Program-made: the position numbers and the translations under genes
Assembly (NCBI GenBank): GCA_977016875.1
Contig: CDRNST010000047.1
Coordinates: 1,302,001 to 1,366,000 of the forward strand
Length of the DNA: 64,000 nucleotides
Direction: 5' to 3'
Source of the DNA: Pavona decussata
Taxonomy: Eukaryota
The notes under the pieces: generated by a model
Databases searched by the model: none
Told to the model about the DNA's origin: nothing
What the model saw: only the letters and a program-made list of their open reading frames with translations
In this document: positions 62,874-64,000 of the stretch, in pieces
How positions within the stretch are numbered: the first letter of the stretch is position 1
Layout of the letters: every line of letters starts with the position of its first letter

Positions 62874-63526
62874 CCACGGGGGAGTAGTCCTCTATTTTAG
62901 CTATTTAGGTTTGTATAGGTGCGACCCCAAAGAGCATGGTTTTTAGGCTGTTTTGGTTTGAAACACTGTATGTTGGTCTGAAAGTGTGGAAACGGGTATA
63001 GATTTTATAGCAACGGGTATGAATTCTAGAGATTAGGCGTGTGTTTTTCAAACTCCCGAAAAGATTTCGGACCCAAAAACTATTTACATGCACAAAATTC
63101 ATTACCAAAAATCAGCCTTTGACATTGAGCTACTTTGTACGAAAAACAACCAGCATATCTGTAGAAAAGGGACAAGAAAGAACGAGGCCACAGGTCTAAG
63201 ATTTCAAGGGTATCGGAAAATTAGTCATACATATCATATATTGGTCTCATATAAGGTCAGGGTTGGGAAAACCGAGCCGCACTACACCGGTTTTCTTTCT
63301 TGTTGCTCTATTTTTTATTATAAGTAACTCTAATCAGCTATTAGGGGCTAACTCGAAAACCTTGCGGTTCCTTTAGCCTGTAGGCTCCTATTGACAATTA
63401 CTCTACTTCCTTTTTTTTTTCTTGTAATGTATAAAATACTTCTTCTGTAATTAATCCGTGTGAGTCAATAAAGATCACTTACTTACTTACACCCCCACCA
63501 AAAATCCCGAGTAGTACCCCTCCCCG
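62874..63526. mobile_element. GGGGG(A)GTA...GTACCCCTCCCCG-type MITE carrying a nested retroelement 3' end
   Basis: Terminal similarity to the 47052 family; repeated TTGGTCT motifs; interrupted at 63289-63487. Confidence 0.55.
63283..63493 (+). mobile_element. ~200-bp 5'-truncated LINE 3' end with (CTTA)n tail and TACACC target-site duplication
   Basis: TACACC at 63283-63288 and 63488-63493; AATAAA followed by ACTTACTTACTTAC tail. Confidence 0.6.
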
Positions 63527-64000
63527 ATGGGGGGGGGGGGGGACGGGGGGACAACAGCATCCAAAATGTAGATATCAATACAAATTTTATTTTGCAGTAA
63601 CCACAAAGAATAAAATATCAACAAAGCAAACTTTCATTTAAAAGGTTGTACTTTTTGTCTTTACCCACATACTTAAAAGTCGCAATGATCCCTCTCAGCA
63701 TGGTTTTGGACGCCCAAGCTAGAGGTTAAAACACGCACGGAAACACCCAGATGAGGCACAGATGCTTTTAATAAGGGCAGACTCCTTTTAGTTGATCCTC
63801 ATTTTTGTCAAATTGAACTTTGGGCATTAGTGAATTACGGCTGACTGCTCTTTTTGCGAGAGCATTAGGTTCTGTTATCACAAAATCTGGGGTCTGAAAA
63901 AGGAGGAAATAAAAGAGTACATACAGTTACGAACCGGGCCTACCGGAGGGTTGAAATATATCAAATCAGTTGAGTATTTTATCAAATTAATGACAGATGA

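Noticed and set aside
1-64000. Prokaryotic-type features (operons, CRISPR arrays, rRNA, tRNA) and assignment of the homeoboxes to Otx, Gsc or Pitx
   Set aside because: The sequence is spliced and eukaryotic, and I saw no regularly spaced repeat-spacer array or structural RNA gene. The TLAERLA-DIILE leader and [11 protein letters not shown] favour Dmbx over other K50 families.

Overview
This is AT-rich eukaryotic (animal) genomic DNA. The gene content and repeat style point to an anthozoan cnidarian, probably a stony coral (inference). The main content is a head-to-tail tandem array of at least five PRD-class, K50 homeobox genes of the Dmbx (diencephalon/mesencephalon homeobox) family, all on the + strand. 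The ORF track shows them only in fragments, so I rebuilt them by hand from GT-AG sites. Paralogues B-E are complete three-exon genes; paralogue A lacks exon 1, which probably lies upstream of the window. Exon 1 carries an eh1 motif and the ALTLAERLA motif and ends in a phase-1 intron. Exon 2 (179 bp; 185 bp in D) carries DIILE and homeodomain residues 1-46 and ends in a phase-0 intron at 46/47. Exon 3 carries (V/I)WFKNRRAK and a divergent tail. Only paralogue E keeps an OAR-like tail motif. The non-coding DNA holds two hammerhead-ribozyme motifs: an intact minimal type I core in intron 1 of gene A and a retrozyme-like copy in the 24.7-kb A-B gap. It also holds a decayed third hammerhead, a 505-bp near-perfect foldback element, an intronic 73-nt hairpin, nested MITE/LINE insertions, LINE and SINE relics, and microsatellites. 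No database searches were run; family assignments rest on recognised motifs.
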